Made by a program: the position numbers and the translations under genes. A DNA stretch of 64,000 bases from Eledone cirrhosa (lineage: Eukaryota). Below the pieces are notes generated by a model. It was given only the letters and a program-made list of their open reading frames with translations, did not search any database and had not been told where the DNA came from. This document shows positions 1 through 13,515 of the stretch, piece after piece. The stretch spans positions 190,588,001 through 190,652,000 of the forward strand of contig OZ024740.1 of assembly GCA_964016885.1 (NCBI GenBank), given 5' to 3'. Each line of letters begins with the position of its first letter. Within the stretch, counting starts at the first letter, position 1.

Positions 1-556
1 ATATATTAAAATAGACACCAAATATATGCTGTTGGTTTGACGTGACATGTCTGTAGTTGAATAACATATGGCGTCATTTCGAATTATTTAAAACATCTAA
101 CCAATTTCTCTGGTTGATGGCTTTCGAATGCTTTGGAAAAATGATAACGATGTTTTGTTATTAAATATCTAGTTTTGAAATGTCATAGGAAGGGGATGAA
201 ACGATCGCAAATCAGCATTTAATATATGAATGTATTTGGTGTATATTTGTTTCTAGTTTAATTATTGTTTTAGCACAATAAGATTTTGTATATATGCCTT
301 TTTTGAAAATTCATTCAAAGAGATTTGTTACATAACCATTTTTCATTGCTTATTATAATGAATTACTTTATTTTTAGCTGTGTTTTACTCCCCCACCTAT
401 CTTTATATTGTTTTATATTGTTTTTGTAAAAAAACGATATCTATTATATATAAGGAGGCCGACCGGGCTGGAAGCTGCTAAATATGTGGCCGCCTTCCTG
501 TCACTGCTTTTCAGCCCCATGGACTTTATCTATTATTATCCTTGGTTAAATTTCGA

Positions 557-614
557 ATACCTGGTGATGTCACCGGATTCATACTGAACCCGGTCACTGA
601 AATGATCATAGTAT
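557..614 (+). ncRNA. Type I hammerhead ribozyme motif (A6G core change), PLE pLTR-type
   Basis: atac-CTGGTGA-t gtcaccgg..ccggtcact-GAAA-tgatca (palindrome)-TA-gtat; stems I and II pair; (TA)n follows at 661-710. Confidence 0.65.
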
Positions 615-658
615 AATAAACATTTTACCAAATTACACCAGTCCAGCCTCCTGTTATT

Positions 659-714
<56 letters not shown>

Positions 715-1304
715 GTTATACTTTGGGAGGGTCATGTTGCCAATTCAGAAACGAAATATATATAATTTATTTGACATTAATTATTTGACATTCAATATAT
801 TTTGTTGCGTTTTAACCATAACAGTTTAGGGGTAATTACTTCGAGTTACCATTCCTAGGACGAATATCAACGAAGACCAGAAGTGTCATCATCCCCATGA
901 AACACATCGATACCGCGCCGCCGCAAACCCGGTATTTCTTGGTCTCGGTGTTTTTTAAGAAAACTTGAAATACAATAATAATAATTATTATTATGCTGGA
1001 ATTGCTGGTGGTGAAATTGCCGTTATTTGGCTGTTGTATTTAGTGTACGCAGAGGGATTTTCTTCCATTTGTAAACATTTCCTTTTCTGAATATAACATT
1101 TATAATACAACATTAAATATTAGAGCTAAATGCCAGGGTATTATAGGATCTCGTTTCCTGAGAGTGGCTGATAACTTATGTCCCATTTGAAATAACTATT
1201 ATTATACCACAGTTGCTTAAATATATATATTTTTTAGTTTACGGGAGCGAATCCATAACAATATATCGAACACGTGCTTTCTTCTTCTTCTTCTTCTTCT
1301 TGAT

Positions 1305-1495
1305 TGGCAGTATCGGTAGAGGGTCTGATGCCATGCTTTGACGCTCGGAGTTACGGCCCTTGCTATTCTGGTCTCAAATCCCGCCGAGGTTAACTTTGCT
1401 TTTCATCCATACGGGAACGATACAATAAAGTACCAGTAATGCAGTGGGTCATTGCTGGCCTAGTGCCAAAAGTAGAAATAATAATAATAATAATT
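1305..1495 (+). mobile_element. tRNA-derived SINE with Meta-type core (octopus-like family)
   Basis: A-box tggcagtatcggtag, degenerate B-box tcaaatccc, core actttgcttttcatcc..aataaagtaccagt, (AAT)n tail; repeated several times in window. Confidence 0.85.
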
Positions 1496-1736
1496 ATTAT
1501 TATTATTATTATTATTATTGAATGCTATGGTTGACGGAGGATCTTCTCTGTAAGGTATTGTAAATTTTGAACGCTATAACAATTGTAAATTGTTTAAAAC
1601 TTTAACCAACTTGTAGACAAAAACACCCTCCTCCTCGTGAGAGGGGTCTTTCTGCCCGTTATTTGGCCCTTCGGGGTTAAATAACTGCTTATTGGGGTTT
1701 CGTGCCCAATATTTATTTTAAACAAAAAAAAACAAC

Positions 1737-3444
1737 ATGGCTACGAAAAAGAATGTTCATAGGTCACTCCCACTCATTCCGTCTTCTTCTTCCTCAATCG
1801 TCACTACAGCAGAGATAAGATTGTCTCTCTCCCTCCCTTCTCTTTCGCAAGCGACGACAGAAAAGAAAAGTCTCGTGCAAAGCGTGCAAGATTTCTCCAC
1901 GACGACGACGACACTGACGACGACAACGACGAAACAGGTGTGCGGGAAATACGAAAACCCATTTCATTCGTCTGACGTCAGGAATAATAGCAGTAGCAGC
2001 CGTAATAACAACAGCAACAGTGACAATGAAAACAACAGTAGCAGCCGCAACAGCATCACCAGCAGCATAAACAACAACAGCACTAGCAGCAGCAACACCA
2101 ACAACAAACACAGCAACAGCGGCGGAGGCAGTAGTCGTAGTACCTGCAGCAACAACAAAAGTAACAGCAGCTCTGACGACAAAAACAACAACAACAGCAG
2201 CAAAGAAAAACCAATCTCGTTTGCAGGTGCCCCCCCCCCCCCCGGGATGGCCCCTTCTTGGCTGGCCGCGTCTGTCCTTGTCGGAATCGAGGACAAAACA
2301 GCTGTACTGCAAGTACAGAAAAAGTAAGAGAAGATTTGGTCGGCACCTCCATTGAGATGTTAATCCAAACTAACCAGTAGTGCATCGAAGCTATCCCGGA
2401 TGTGATAGACTTCAATAACGGCACTCAACTGCCCATAAGTGTTGAGGGCAAACGCTCGAAATGCTTTCGCTGTGGATCGAAGACTCACCCCAGGGCCTTC
2501 TTCAACGAGAAGACCCTGAGAAAGGAGAAAACCCCCCTCCTTCCGAAACCGGCTCCACGGATACCAGCAACAGGACAAGCGGCAACCAGGAACGATAGGT
2601 CTGTAGCACCCATATCCACGCCACGCAAATCAAAATCAGCAGCATCAGTGGAAATATTAACAACAACAACAGCAATACCAAATGCAGCTGCAACAGAGAC
2701 TCCAGTGCAAACATCACCAACAACAACAAGTGAAAGAGTGGAGCTGGTACCCCTCCCCGACCTCACAGAATCAGCCATGGAGTGTGAGGTGGGAGAAGGA
2801 TGGCAAAAGGTCGTAAGACGGCACAAACGCAGAAGCAGCGCATCGTCGCCTTTGAAAAGGGAGGAAAGAAATGAAAAAAAGGGTAAAGTCTACTGCAAAG
2901 AGACTCACAGCAGCAACACCACCAACACCATCACCAACCAACATTAGCACTACCATCAGCACCGGCGACAACCTCACCGCCAACAACACCTTCAACACCA
3001 CCACCACAAGCACCAACATCGCAAACACAACAACAAAACACACACACCCACCAACAACGACAAGAAAATAGCAGAACCACATCCCACCCCCAGAAAAACA
3101 AATGCATGGCAATAAATACACACAACAAGAAACTAATGACTTACATAATTGAACACACAGACATTTCACAACACGACTACATAATACCAGCACCAATCAA
3201 AACGCCAAATAACATAAGACTGCTAAAAATAGCACAGAAACAATACACATACATCAAAACGAAATTCCCCAACGCAGTTGGTGATTTCAGAGACCTAGGA
3301 GGGACTCTCAACCGGAGAGTATATTCGGACATACTCATAGAAGAGCCGACGACCAGCCGAAGGGACGATTCAACGGTCCCTTCACCAGACGATCAAGTGA
3401 AAAGGGATGGAAAAACCATCCCTCCTCTACGAAAAGTACGGTAA
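1737..3444 (+). pseudogene. LINE ORF1 (gag-like), disrupted by stop/frameshifts
   Basis: ORF pieces 1737-2327, 2402-2947, 3106-3444; degenerate zinc knuckle CFRCGSKTH; GWQKVVRR motif; N/S/T low-complexity tracts. Confidence 0.7.
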
Positions 3445-3479
3445 GTGGTCTTTCCCATCTTTTTCACTCTATTTTAAAC

Positions 3480-6400
3480 ATGACCTCACTCAGAATAGGC
3501 AGCATAAATGCACGTGGCTTGGGGTCGTCATGGAAGCAGGATCACCTGCTCAACGACCTCAGGTCACTAAACATAGATGTAGTGGCCATCAGCGAGACCA
3601 GATTCTCCGTAGCACGGGCCTTCGCACCGATCTTCGGCGGCTACGATGTGTACGCGTCTCCCAGCCGTCCTGGGTCGGGGGGAGGAGTTGCTGTCCTTTT
3701 TCGGAGAGGTTTGGATCTCGCCATACGGGCCTTCTTCCTGGACCCAGAGGGTAAGTTGGGGGTGCTGGACGTGACCGGCGGAGACGGGCAATCTTTCAGG
3801 CTAGTGGCTGTCTATGCCCCGACAGGAGCAGGGCGGCCTGATTTCTTCCGGCGTCTGGAGAACTTTCTTGGAACGTCGCGCTCTTTAGTGTTGGTGGGCG
3901 ACTGGAACGGGATCTTAGATGCATGCTGGGACTGTGTGCGATTAGCGGATAGGGGTGGTGGGTGCAAGAGCCTCACCAACCTGTTCAGGCGTTTTGAACT
4001 CATCCAGATCATATCTAGATAGAGTATTTTGTAGGGAAATAGATATGTCTAGCGTAGGCTGTCCACAATTCAAGATAGTCAGCTACACGGACCACAAATT
4101 CGTGATCTGTGTGCTTGACTTAAATAGGCTTCATAGACGAGGACCCGGCTACTGGAAGCTAAACGCGTCCTTACCAGCGCGCAAGGCCTACAGAGACCGG
4201 ATTAGCGAACTAGTTAAGCGGGCGTTGACGGTGGCCATCGTCAACAACAAGTGGTGGTTTGCTCTGAAAAGAGCGATTAGAATAGAATCGATTAGATTTA
4301 GTAAGGCTTTAGCAATAGAGAAAAATAGAGCAGAGGGAGAACTAGTTAGAAAATTAGACGAGGCGCTTAGCAAAGGCATTGCGAGCGACGTGCTTGCGGC
4401 GAAATTGGCCCTTGACCAATTCTTCAATGCAAAGCACGAAGGCTGCGTTGTCAGAGCAAGGGTGCGTGCTCTCAGACGCGTGGGGACGAAAGCCGTTCAA
4501 TGGGCCCGAGTGGCGGAGGCGCGTCGTGGCAACAAAGCCACGATCCGGTCTTTGGTGGACCACGACGGGCGCATGCTACACGATCCCGGGCAAATTTGTG
4601 AAGCTTTTCAGCGACACTTCGCTCAGCTGTTCGGGGGCAGCGGTGGGCCGAGTCGAGGGATGGACTTTAGTGTCTACCTCGATGGACTGCCGCGGCTCTG
4701 GGCCACTGAGGCGAAGTGTTGCGAAAAGCCGATAACAGCCGCTGAAGTAAGGGAGGCAATGACTGGCTGTACAAGGGGTAAATCGCCTGGTTTGGATGGT
4801 CTGCCCTATGAACTTTTCGTACAGATGCCAGACTTGTTCGGAGGCCTCTTGGCGGACGTCTACTGCAACTGACAACAGAACGGGAGAATTCCCAGTTCTG
4901 TGAGCCGAGGAGCGGTGGCACTGCTGAGAAAGGATCCGAACAAGGGGGATAACATAGATCATTTCCGGCCCATAACTCTGCTAAACACAGAGTTCAAGAT
5001 TTTGGCCAAGGTGCTAGCATTGAGGTTGGCGCTTGTCGTTGGTGGTCTGGTGGGAGAGGCGCAGACATGCGCAATTCCCGACAGATCCATCCACGACAAC
5101 CTCCACCTCATGCGATACATCGTAGAGAGGGTAGATAGGGAACCTGGCACGGGTGGGTCCTTGATCAATTTAGATCAGTCGAAAGCTTTCGATAGAGTCG
5201 AACATCGTTACCTAGCGGCCATCCTGAGGGCGCGTGGCTTTGGGCCCGTCTTCTGAGGCTGGATCTCTGCCATGCACAGCGACATCTGCTCTGTGGTGAG
5301 AGTGAACGGTCAACTGTCGGTACCGTTCAACATCATGCGCTCGGTCCGCCAAGGATGTCCCCTCTCGTCCCTCTTGTACGTATTGGCTCTCGAGCCATTA
5401 CTGCACAATCTGGAGACGTTGAGGGGCGTCCCGCGCGAACTAGAATGCGGAAGATCCGTGTCAGCATATGCGGACGATGTCACCGTAGTGGTGTCGAACG
5501 CCAAACACATCGAGGCGATCGGCACTACACTAAGAGAATACGAAGCGGTGACAGGAGCAATGATCAACCAGGAAAAGTCAGTGGGCCTGCAGCTCGGCAC
5601 CTGGAGAGGCAGGTCCATGCCGTCCAACAGCTTCGTCGGACGCTGGACGGACGGAACGATTAAATTGCTAGGGGTCTGGTTCGGTCCGGACCTCCAGACG
5701 GACAAACACTGGGACGAGTTGACGAGCAGGGTGGCTTCTCTCACCCAGAAATGGGCGGGGAGGAAGCTATCCCTGAAAGGTCGAGCGGAGGTGGTTAACG
5801 CGTACATCGCGTCTGTCATCTGCTACCGCCTGACTGTCGTACCTTGTCCTAAGCCTCGCCTGACTGCGCTGGAGCGTTTGCTCTTTCGCTTTTTGTGGAA
5901 GGGACGCGCTCCGATAGTCAGGCGGTACATCTGTTGTCAACACCCGCTACGTGGAGGGCTGGGCATGCCGTGGCTGATGATGCGCAGGCACGCGCGCAGG
6001 CTACGACATCTCCACCTTTTCCTCGACGGTGATCAGGTGTGGTCGCCGTTTACTAGACACGTATTTCCCCAGCTCGTTTCCTTGACGGAGCTGCAGTCCT
6101 GGGTCAAGCGAAGACCGAGAGGGAGCGCCTGGAGACTGGAATGTCTTCAGGCGCTCACAGCCCTCGACCAATCGTGCAATGTGATCGGTGGAAACTCCAC
6201 CTCGGCGTTCTATAAAGGATTAGTGGAGGGGAAGAGCGACGACGTACTTGGGGATACTCTAGGCGTCGACGAAAATCAACTAGCCAATCTCTTCGGAAGA
6301 ACTTTCGGGCCGGGGCCTATGGACAACTGCCAGAAATCTATGGCCTGGCAATTCCTACCGAGGAGCCTTGCCAGTTCGGGATAAACTCTACAGGCATGGA

Positions 6401-6833
6401 GGTGCCGTCAGCCGGGCATGTCTGAGATGCGCGCAGGGCGACGAAACCGTCCTGCACGCACTCGTCCAGTGTCCGAAAATTGCTGACTTGTGGGTTTATG
6501 TCGAACACATGCTGTCGGGTTTAGGACGGATCTGGCTATCATCTGAGTCCATCGTGAGGATTGCTCCGCTCTCATCCTTTAGCCGGGAAGGGCAAGCAGT
6601 TTGTATCCGTCTGGTAGCCATGGCGAAAGAGATACAGGTGGACACGTTTGAAAGGGCTGAAGACGAGCACTTACCTCTTCGGTGATGCTCTGATTGACTT
6701 TTTCAAATTTCATTTGAAAAGTAAAATCAGAGTAGAGAGGGAAGTGCTCTCTTCCCAGCATTTTGTTGAAAGATGGGTGAGAGAAGCAAGAATGGCCCGA
6801 CTGAATGGGCCTACTCTGAGTATATATCTGTAA
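3480..6833 (+). pseudogene. LINE ORF2: AP endonuclease, reverse transcriptase, C-terminal zinc motif
   Basis: SINARGL, ISET, VYAP, GDWN, YTDH (APE); KSPGLDGLP, FRPITLLN, DQSKAFD, VRQGCPLS, YADD (RT); CLRC..ETVLHALVQC. In-frame TGA at 4870 and 5254, frameshifts near 4010, 6350, 6630. Confidence 0.93.
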
Positions 6834-7106
6834 ATTAAAGGTGGAAAACTGGAAGAGGGCACTTGCCTTGGTGGTCAGGGTCATTGTGGTTTTTTACTGG
6901 GCTTTCTCCAGAAATGTCCCTCCGAAGTCCCCCCCCCCCGCTATTGGAGAATTTGTCATCGTTATTTTTTGTTACATCCTCTGTTTTTGTTGTTTACACG
7001 CAGAAATGCCCATTTGTACTGTCCTGTATTGTCCTGCACTGTCCTTAATGTCTACTTTATGTAAACCCTTGTGGTTAATAAAGAAATCATTATTATTATT
7101 ATTATT

Positions 7107-8790
7107 ACAGTTGCATTTATCTTGCTTTATGTTCATACGAGTTATCACCAAGTCACAACCAGTGACCTCAAGAGACAACAAGGTCCACCATGTTCAAGAA
7201 AGAATATACATATTCACACATGCATCTTTAGTGTTTAGACTTGTGATGTACTTATATTGACAGAATCTTCCTTAGTATATGGGCAGTTCCCATTAGTACT
7301 ATCTTTTGTATTTCTCCTATACGCGGGTTTCCTGGGATTTGCGATAAGTAGTTATTAGACCCCTTAGGTATCATTCCCAGAGCGCCTACAACCACTGGTA
7401 TTGTTTTAGTTCTCTATTTCCACATTTTTCCAATTTCTATCTCCAGGTCCTTATACTTGCTCAATTTTTCAAATGTTTTTATAGATACATTCTTGTCTAT
7501 TGGAACATATATATCAATTAGCAGATATATCAATTATTATTATTATTAATATTATTATTATTATTATTTCATTTATCTTGCTTTATGTTCATACGAGTTA
7601 TTACCAAGTCACAGACCTCAATAGCAAACTATGTTCGCCAAAGAACACAACACACATACATATATATTTAGGTGTTTAGAGTTGTGATGTATTTATTTGA
7701 CAGAATCTCGCTTAGTATATGGGCAGTTTCCATTAGTACTATCTTTTGTATTTCTTCTATACGCTGGTTTCATGGGATTTAGGATAATTAATCATTAGTC
7801 CCCTTAGGTATCATTCCTAGAGCGCCCACCACAACTGGTATTGTTTGTTCTTGCACATTTTTCCAATTTCTATCTCCAGGTCTTTATACTTGCTCAATTT
7901 TACAAATGTTTCTCTAAATACATTCTTGTCTATTGGAACGGACATATCAATTAGCAAGCATGCTCTCTTTTTAAAGTCCTTCAGTATTATATCATGTCTA
8001 TTTGCATCTATTTCTGATGCGAAACTTCCATGAAATTGAGATGTGATCTTTGTCAAGTACAGGAGGTTGTTGATGCTCCCACCAATTCTTTAGATGGTAC
8101 AGGTCAAAATGCTTAAACATTACCCAATGTATGTATTGTGTAGCTCTGTCGTGCCTGTTTAGGTATTCGGTTGGAGCTATAGGACTGCACATTGAAATCA
8201 TATGATCAATGGTCTCTGGTTGTTTTTCACATACACGGGATAATGTGTTGCAACCATTTTTTATTATGTCGGCCTGACATCTTTTTGTTAGCAGACACTG
8301 ATCTTGTGCTTATATAAACAGTCCTTCCGTTCCGATTTCAGTCCAGTGGATGCCAACCTCTGATGGTTTAAAGTATTGTCAATATCAGGATTCTTAGCTC
8401 TTTCTGGGTATATTCCATACAGAGGCTTTTCTTGCCATTTCTTAGCCAGTTTCCGTAACAGATCTTTCTTTACAGTTACTTTTACCTGCTTTGCCTTTTC
8501 TGTGTTTTTATTTCAGCAGTAAAGGGAACTTCTGAAATTTGTAGTCCATTACTGTATCTTAGTTCATATTTTGCAATGCAGTATGATCATTTCATGCTAT
8601 CATGTTTAAAAACGAGTTTGATCATCTAATCATGTGCCTCCCAGGATATTTAGATAATCGAATTGTTGCAGTTTTCAAAGCAATATCTAACTGGATCAAT
8701 TCATGCCCTCCTTCTTTCCTAGGGAGATATATTCTATCTGTATCTGCCTTAGGGTGATGCATGCAATGCATTGTTAAGAATGTCCTAATA
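7107..8790 (-). mobile_element. 5'-truncated R4/Dong-like RLE non-LTR element with tandemly duplicated 3' end
   Basis: HPKADTDRIYLPRKEGG, DHMISMC..YLNRHD, RHDIIL..LIDMSVP..KLSKYKDL, VVGALG; (TAA)n tails; 3' ~420 bp present twice (7107-7530, 7568-7960). Confidence 0.85.
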
Positions 8791-9200
8791 TATGCTATTT
8801 TAAAAAATACACAGTGACTGATGGGTCTGATTTGCATATTAGCAGACTAGCTGATTAGTGGAACTGCTAATATGCAGATCTGACTGATCAGCCAGTCTGA
8901 TAATATGCAAATCAGGCCGATCAGTCACTGTGTATTTTTGAAAATAGCATATATTTTCACTAGCTCTGATAGTTTGACAGGTGAACAGTGAGCTGTACTG
9001 ATGAATTGTGTTATCCAGAAACATTAGTGTATGCAGTTCTGTTCACATGCCAACACAAGAGCAAGAATGAAGAGTTCATTCTATTGACATGGCTATAAAA
9101 TTGAGGCCTGTTTGCATAATTGCAAACGAATCTAATGTTATTATTAATATTTGAAAAACTCAGAGTACATTTATTATATTCAGCCATGCAGAGCGAAATT
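8790..9200 (+). repeat. Non-coding HHR-bearing repeat with 5' foldback (family C)
   Basis: Inverted arms 8790-8860/8883-8952; homologous reverse copy at 61345-61610. Confidence 0.75.
8991..9038 (+). ncRNA. Type I hammerhead ribozyme motif (intact core, decayed stem II)
   Basis: agctgta-CTGATGA-..-GAAA-cattagtg-TA-tgcagtt; 7-bp stem I. Confidence 0.7.
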
Positions 9201-9205
9201 TTATT

Positions 9206-9289
<84 letters not shown>

Positions 9290-9344
9290 AATATATATAT
9301 ATATTAATATATATATTCATATACAAATATATCTACCTCTATAC

Positions 9345-9780
9345 ATCAGTTACCGGAGCCACGATGAAAACCTCATCTAGCTCATCCAGTCTAGCATTGT
9401 TGCCTGACCATTCCCTTCCCCAACCCGGTGTCATCAGCAAGAACATTCTTCAAAGTTTCGGTTTGTCTGCCAACTAGTCTACATGCACTAAGATTCCAGA
9501 AAAGGACTCTTGTATCATTTTAATTCTGACGTTCCACTATTCCGGCTTAATTGTAACCTCCTACACCATAACATGTTAAACAGGTGAAGGGTGAGACGGA
9601 AGGCGACGTTTATGCTACATGTGTTTCACCAGTTTATGTTCTATACTTTTCTCAGTATCCAGGTGAATGTGCCATTATTCCACTTTGTGAGTGCCTTTAT
9701 CAGTGTCCATTTCATCCAAAAGAATTTCTAGATAGCCTTGCATACTCAGATAAAATAGTTATTATCTAAAATACCAGCAA
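9345..9780 (-). mobile_element. Degenerate RTE/RTE-X-like LINE 3' fragment
   Basis: Minus-strand translation GTFTWILRKV*NINW and VLFWN..VGRQTETLKNVLADDTGL resembles the RTE C-terminus. Confidence 0.55.
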
Positions 9781-10019
9781 AGTAGGCGAGGACGTGTTTC
9801 CGAGAGGGGATACTTTAGGGAAGTCCATTGGACTCTACTTGAAGCCTGGCAAATAAAATTTATACGACCGAATGCGACGTCAAATAAACAGATGTATGCG
9901 CAGGAAATTTCGGGGATTGAAGAAATCGATTACTAATTGTATTTTGGCAGATTTATGAACAATGAGCACTGTGTGGTATCTGGATAGGCAAGTCATTGGT
10001 CTTTCAAGACCTTATCAAG

Positions 10020-10760
10020 GTGTCAGTACTATACGAACATGCCACACAACAACACGACGGTAACATAGACAACATATAAGTTAGAATAATATCTAAACAT
10101 AGAAATGACCCACCAGATAGTTAAATCAGAGAGGCCGGTTAAATAGAACTTAGAATGCCAAGACTAAACAGAAAGAATGAATGGAATAACAACAACACCC
10201 AAACAAAGAACACTGACCTAAGAGAAGTATAAATAAATAAATAAATAGACAAATAAATAAATAAATAAATAAATACATACACAAGCACAATAACAACAAA
10301 CACATAAAAACACACACTAGTAAAAATAGAATACACAGAATACATATAATACAATCACGAACACACATCAAACAAATCACTATACACACACCGAAACGCA
10401 TGCGCAAAGAAGACATAATAAAATAAACAAACAAGCAAATAAATAAATATATAGACAGACTAAATAAAAATGGCGTAGACATACAATGTAACGGGAGGAA
10501 ACAATAGCACCATTGACGATGTTGCAGATGTGCAACGAAAGAACTTTGATAAACTATATATATGTGTTTGTGTCTATATTGTATCTGTATTATTTTTGAC
10601 CGTCGGTCAGTCAATGGCAACATGAGGACCGAATAAATTAGATTACCGATATAAAAGACACAGAAGCGAAAAGCGAAAACCAACCAAACAGTGAGTGTGT
10701 TCTGTTATTAATTCTGGCAATATTACACAAATATAACCCTCCCCAAGTATAACAATATCT
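10020..10760 (+). mobile_element. 5'-truncated Penelope-like element (GIY-YIG tail + pLTR), same family as 37278-39197
   Basis: SVLYEHA..PRLNRKNEWNN matches the end of ORF 37342-38691; HHR remnant TTGACGA-t gttgca..tgcaac-GAAA-gaac at 10513-10546; shared end ccaagtataacaat. Confidence 0.8.
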
Positions 10761-10796
10761 GTTTCGACACACGATGTCATATAAAAAACCTCGCCA

Positions 10797-10840
<44 letters not shown>

Positions 10841-11484
10841 ATATATATATATATCTATATATATATATATATATACAATGGTTGTTGTATTTCTTCTGTA
10901 TATAATGCATTCTGCTAAATTATATTGCAGAATTGTAATTTCAGAATGTACAAATGAAACGCTGTATTCTGCTTTAAGCAGAAACTATGAATTGAGTACA
11001 ATGATATATTCGTAGTTACAATAAGGTCGGAAATTCGATATGTATATCTGCTTAGAGAATTGCAGTTTGAATAAATTAAGTATACTTTTTGTTTATATGT
11101 GACTAAAGATTGTCTACTGCTATATCAATATAATTATGCTACTAAATCTCATAAATGTTTCATATAAATCAAGAAACGTTGTTTTCAGTTTATATACAAT
11201 CTTCCTCTGTCGTAAAACACGAAACGCATCAAGTAAGTTTACGGTTTCGAATGCTACAGATTCTTTTGTATTATTACTTCAAGAATAAATCTTTAGCAGA
11301 GGATATTCCCTTCGTATTAGTATAGTCGTCCAATGTGTAGAGATATTTTGGAACCCATTTTTGCGCATTTCATCAAGTGAATCAGCTGCCCAAAATATGT
11401 GTCGGCATACGTAATTTGTACAAATTCTGAAACTTTACCTGGATTCAAGCATGACTCTGCGTATGGAGAAGATCTATTATTTTT

Positions 11485-11682
11485 AAGGGCGGTTGATTGG
11501 CAGTATCGATAGAGCGACAGACGCCATGCTTTGACGCATAGATTTACGGCCCTTGCCATTCTGAGCTCAAATCCCGCCGAGGTTAACTGTGACTTTTATC
11601 CCCTTACGGGGTCGATAAAATAAAAGTACCGGTAATGCACTGGGTAATTGCTGGCCTTGTTCCAAATGTAGAAACAATTATT
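11485..11682 (+). mobile_element. tRNA-derived SINE (Meta-type core)
   Basis: Full-length match to the copy at 1305. Confidence 0.85.
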
Positions 11683-12035
11683 GTTTATTGGTATGCTATA
11701 TGCCAAATGATAGAAAAGACTGCTCATGATTGAAGAATATACTTTTTCCTATTCATTTATGTTTAGGTTGAATATAATAAATGAATTTGTTTTGGTTGAA
11801 TTTATATTATTTCGTACACTACATATATGTCCATTGATTGAACTTGCGCAAAATGCAAACATGTATACAATCATATATATTTGCTTTGCCCGATATATGG
11901 TAACGCCGCCATTATAATTCTAACTGCCCAAATTTCACATGCGAATACCAGGGAATTAATATGCCGCACATTTTATTTTTAAACTGAATTAAATCCGAAG
12001 TATCTTTTTTTCAGATTATTATTTATATGTCGATA

Positions 12036-12440
12036 TAGGGAGGTGGCTTGGCAGTATCGGTAGAGGGTCGGGCGCCATGCTTTGACGCATAGAGTTACGG
12101 CCCTTATCATTCTGAGTTCAAATCCCGCCGAGGTTAACTTTGCCGTTCATCCTTAAGGTGTCGATAAAATAAAGAACCACTAATACACTGTATAAGTGGT
12201 GGCCTTGGCCAAAAGTAGAAACAATTATGTATATGTCGATATGGATGTGTATTGGCAGTATCGGTGGAAGGTCGGACGCCATGCTTTGCAGCATAGAGTT
12301 ACGTCCCTTTACAGTCTGAGTTCAATTCTTGCCGAGGTTCACTTTGCTTTTCATACTTACGGGGTCGATCAAATAAAGTACCAGTAATGCACTGGCTAAT
12401 TGCTGGCCTTGTGCCAAATATAGGAACACTTATTTATATG
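12036..12440 (+). mobile_element. Head-to-tail dimer of tRNA-derived SINE
   Basis: Two ~205 bp copies, B-boxes gagttcaaatccc / gagttcaattctt; ttatNtatatgtc before, between and after. Confidence 0.85.
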
Positions 12441-12854
12441 TCCATAATATTTAATAAGATTTCATATCCACTATTCTTCAGTATACTTATCTAATTAATT
12501 ATATTGTCATTGAAATTAAGCAAGGTCCAATTATGTGAATAAAAAGTAAATAAAATATTCTACCCTTCCAGGTAATTACGTAACTGTGGCATGTTTACAT
12601 GACTAGAAACGCAATGTGTAAATAAATATAAAACTTTGCGTAGTTTTGATTACCTCTGTACTGAATATATTTAGATATAAACTTATATTATACATCTACT
12701 GGTTATCGAAAACAATTATATATATATAGAAGAAAGTTCATATACATCTAAGTTGATAGCGCGGAGCAAATTCATGGTTATTATATATCAGCGTATTGTG
12801 AATATATTGTGTCACTATTTTTAAACGCATCGTGTAAGCATTACTGCTAAGGAT

Positions 12855-13115
12855 ACATCATCATCATTGCCACCACAATCAAATATTCCAGATAAAGTGT
12901 CTCCACAATTCACGATTTTTCTGTGCTCCTGGCAACTCCTCCCTACTATCGTCTGAGAGTTGATCGATGGAGGTTCGAGCAGGTTTTCTACTGAGTCTAA
13001 CGTGAGTTGGATCCCACAATACTAACTTGTGTATAACTTCCTGCTTACTTCACCAGCAATGTCCTGCAAACAATACCCGTATTTGAGCAATTGTACTTGT
13101 TATTTTGGGATACTA
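12855..13115 (-). mobile_element. RTE/RTE-X-like LINE 3' fragment
   Basis: LFAGHCW*SKQEVIHKLVLWDPTH..TSIDQL..NRELWR; short (GAT)n tail. Confidence 0.75.
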
Positions 13116-13469
13116 AGACTATGGAATACAAACATCTGAACACTTCCAATGTATCATTTGCAAAATATCTCTATATAATATGTGTTCGTTACATACTATT
13201 CATTGAGTAAAGGTCAATGAATATAAATTAACTATCATGAAATATTAGATGGGCCATTAGATAACTGTGACATAATCATATATTAAAATACTCTCAGCGA
13301 GACTCATATATGTTTAATATAATTAAACATATTACATAGTCTTCTATATATTCCATTAAAAAGAAACATTTGTTTCTGCTCTTTCTAATTTGTACATACA
13401 TAGATACACTGTCAAACACACGCACACACACGCACACACATACACCAACACACACACATACTTATATAC

Positions 13470-13515
<46 letters not shown>

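Larger units (their letters stand above)
1520..7106 (+). mobile_element. Near full-length L1/Tx1-clade non-LTR retrotransposon, inactivated
   Basis: ORF1 + ORF2 (APE-RT-Zn), GC-rich relative to flanks, AATAAA at ~7077 then (ATT)n; 5' boundary uncertain. Confidence 0.9.

Noticed and set aside
1794-3196. Antisense hydrophobic ORFs over LINE ORF1
   Set aside because: Shadow frames of AAC/AGC/ACC low-complexity sequence
4870-5256. In-frame TGA codons in LINE ORF2 as recoding or selenocysteine
   Set aside because: Explained by TGG/CGA-to-TGA point mutations in a copy that also has frameshifts
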